Shown here piece by piece: positions 63,223 through 64,000 of a stretch of 64,000 nt of DNA. This DNA comes from Planctomycetes bacterium GWF2_41_51 (GTDB lineage: Bacteria; Planctomycetota; Phycisphaerae; Sedimentisphaerales; UBA12454), in assembly GCA_001825665.1 (NCBI GenBank), contig MHXZ01000078.1:5729-69728 (forward strand), read 5' to 3'. Both the position numbers and the translations under genes were made by a program. Numbering within the stretch: position 1 is the first letter of the stretch; every line of letters starts with the position of its first letter. The notes under the pieces are model-generated. The model was not told the origin of the DNA, searched no databases, and saw only the letters and a program-made list of their open reading frames with translations.

Positions 63223-64000
63223 TTATAACAGGTGCTGTTCGATAAAGCTCGTGTCCACTTTGTTCTGCAGATAGAGATTATGCGAAAGAATTTTCAAACA
63301 AGCCGGGATTGTGGTTTTAATCGGCCCAATACGGAACTCATTTAAAGCACGTTTCATCGTAATTATTGCTTCTTCTCTTGTTGGTCTGTGTACGATCAAT
63401 TTTGCAATCATCGAATCGTAATTCGGCGATATCATCGAACCCTGGAAAAGATGTGTATCGACGCGCACGCCCATCCCGCCCGGCAAAATAAATCTATCAA
63501 CCCTGCCTGGACAAGGTGAAAAATTCCTGTCCGGGTCTTCAGCGTTAATTCTGCATTCTATAGCAACGCCTTTGTGCGTAATATCTTTTTGCTTCATGTT
63601 CAAATTCTGGCCTGAAGCAATTTTGAGCTGCCATTTAATCAAATCGATTCCCGTAACCATTTCCGAAACAGGATGTTCGACCTGGATTCTTGTATTAACT
63701 TCTATAAAATAAAATCTCTTGTCGCGGTCGAGCAAAAATTCAACTGTTGCCGCGTTTTCATATTTCGCTTCCTTGATTACCTTCAGCGCCGATTTACACA
63801 ACTCTTCCCGAGTCTTCTCATCAAGCACCGGGCATGGCGATTCTTCAATCATTTTCTGGTGTCGTCTCTGAATCGAACAATCACGTTCGAAAAAGTGAAG
63901 CGTATTTCCAGTCTTGTCCGCCATTACCTGAACTTCAACGTGCCGCGGCTCGACAATATATTTTTCCAGATAAACCGTACTGTTCTTAAATGCGATTTCT
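63223..64000 (-). CDS. accC: acetyl-CoA carboxylase biotin carboxylase subunit, C-terminal part (gene continues past the window end)
   Basis: ERDCSIQRRHQKMIEESP and EVNTRIQVEHPVSE motifs. The frame stays open to base 64000 (..YLEKYIVEPRHVEVQV upstream of the track's Met). Confidence 0.92.
   Translation of the reverse strand, partial: EIAFKNSTVYLEKYIVEPRHVEVQVMADKTGNTLHFFERDCSIQRRHQKMIEESPCPVLDEKTREELCKSALKVIKEAKYENAATVEFLLDRDKRFYFIEVNTRIQVEHPVSEMVTGIDLIKWQLKIASGQNLNMKQKDITHKGVAIECRINAEDPDRNFSPCPGRVDRFILPGGMGVRVDTHLFQGSMISPNYDSMIAKLIVHRPTREEAIITMKRALNEFRIGPIKTTIPACLKILSHNLYLQNKVDTSFIEQHLL

Overview
64-kb bacterial chromosomal window, mid-40s % GC by eye. About 57 protein genes and one tRNA-Leu(UAA). 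I saw no rRNA, CRISPR array, transposase or integrase. Gene content (PerR-rubrerythrin-thiol peroxidase-flavodiiron cluster, hypDEAB, RtcB/archease, eukaryote-type UDP-sugar pyrophosphorylase, many lipoproteins) suggests an anaerobic or microaerotolerant, probably non-proteobacterial and possibly PVC-group organism; taxonomy cannot be settled by eye. Most of the window is housekeeping: mnmG, acpS, mfd, pfk, tkt, ackA, thiE, lysA, ahcY, accC (3' part) and a trpEGDFBA operon. It also carries two histidine kinases, an ECF sigma module and oxidative-stress genes. The only clear accessory region is an AT-rich island of about 4 kb (35.1-39.4 kb) with a McrBC type IV restriction system whose McrB has a long non-canonical N-terminus, plus a small nuclease-like orphan ORF. 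Main signals not in the ORF track: (1) a trp leader with a consensus promoter, a 19-codon peptide with tandem Trp codons, hand-foldable alternative hairpins and a perfect terminator upstream of trpE; (2) two divergent ECF-type promoters sharing TGAAAC-N16/17-CGACTAAC between the ECF sigma gene and a DUF4097 operon; (3) a near-perfect sigma54 promoter with an upstream palindrome in front of hsp20; (4) a 59-codon DUF1328-type membrane ORF below the ORF cutoff, butted against a Tat-signal SOD; (5) two unusual fusions, RNase H-PurN and MTHFR-MTHFR_C-pterin-binding; (6) a dispersed tandem 9-nt repeat family and several long nested hairpins. All domain calls come from motif recognition by eye and all coordinates were derived by hand. 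No searches or folding programs were run.
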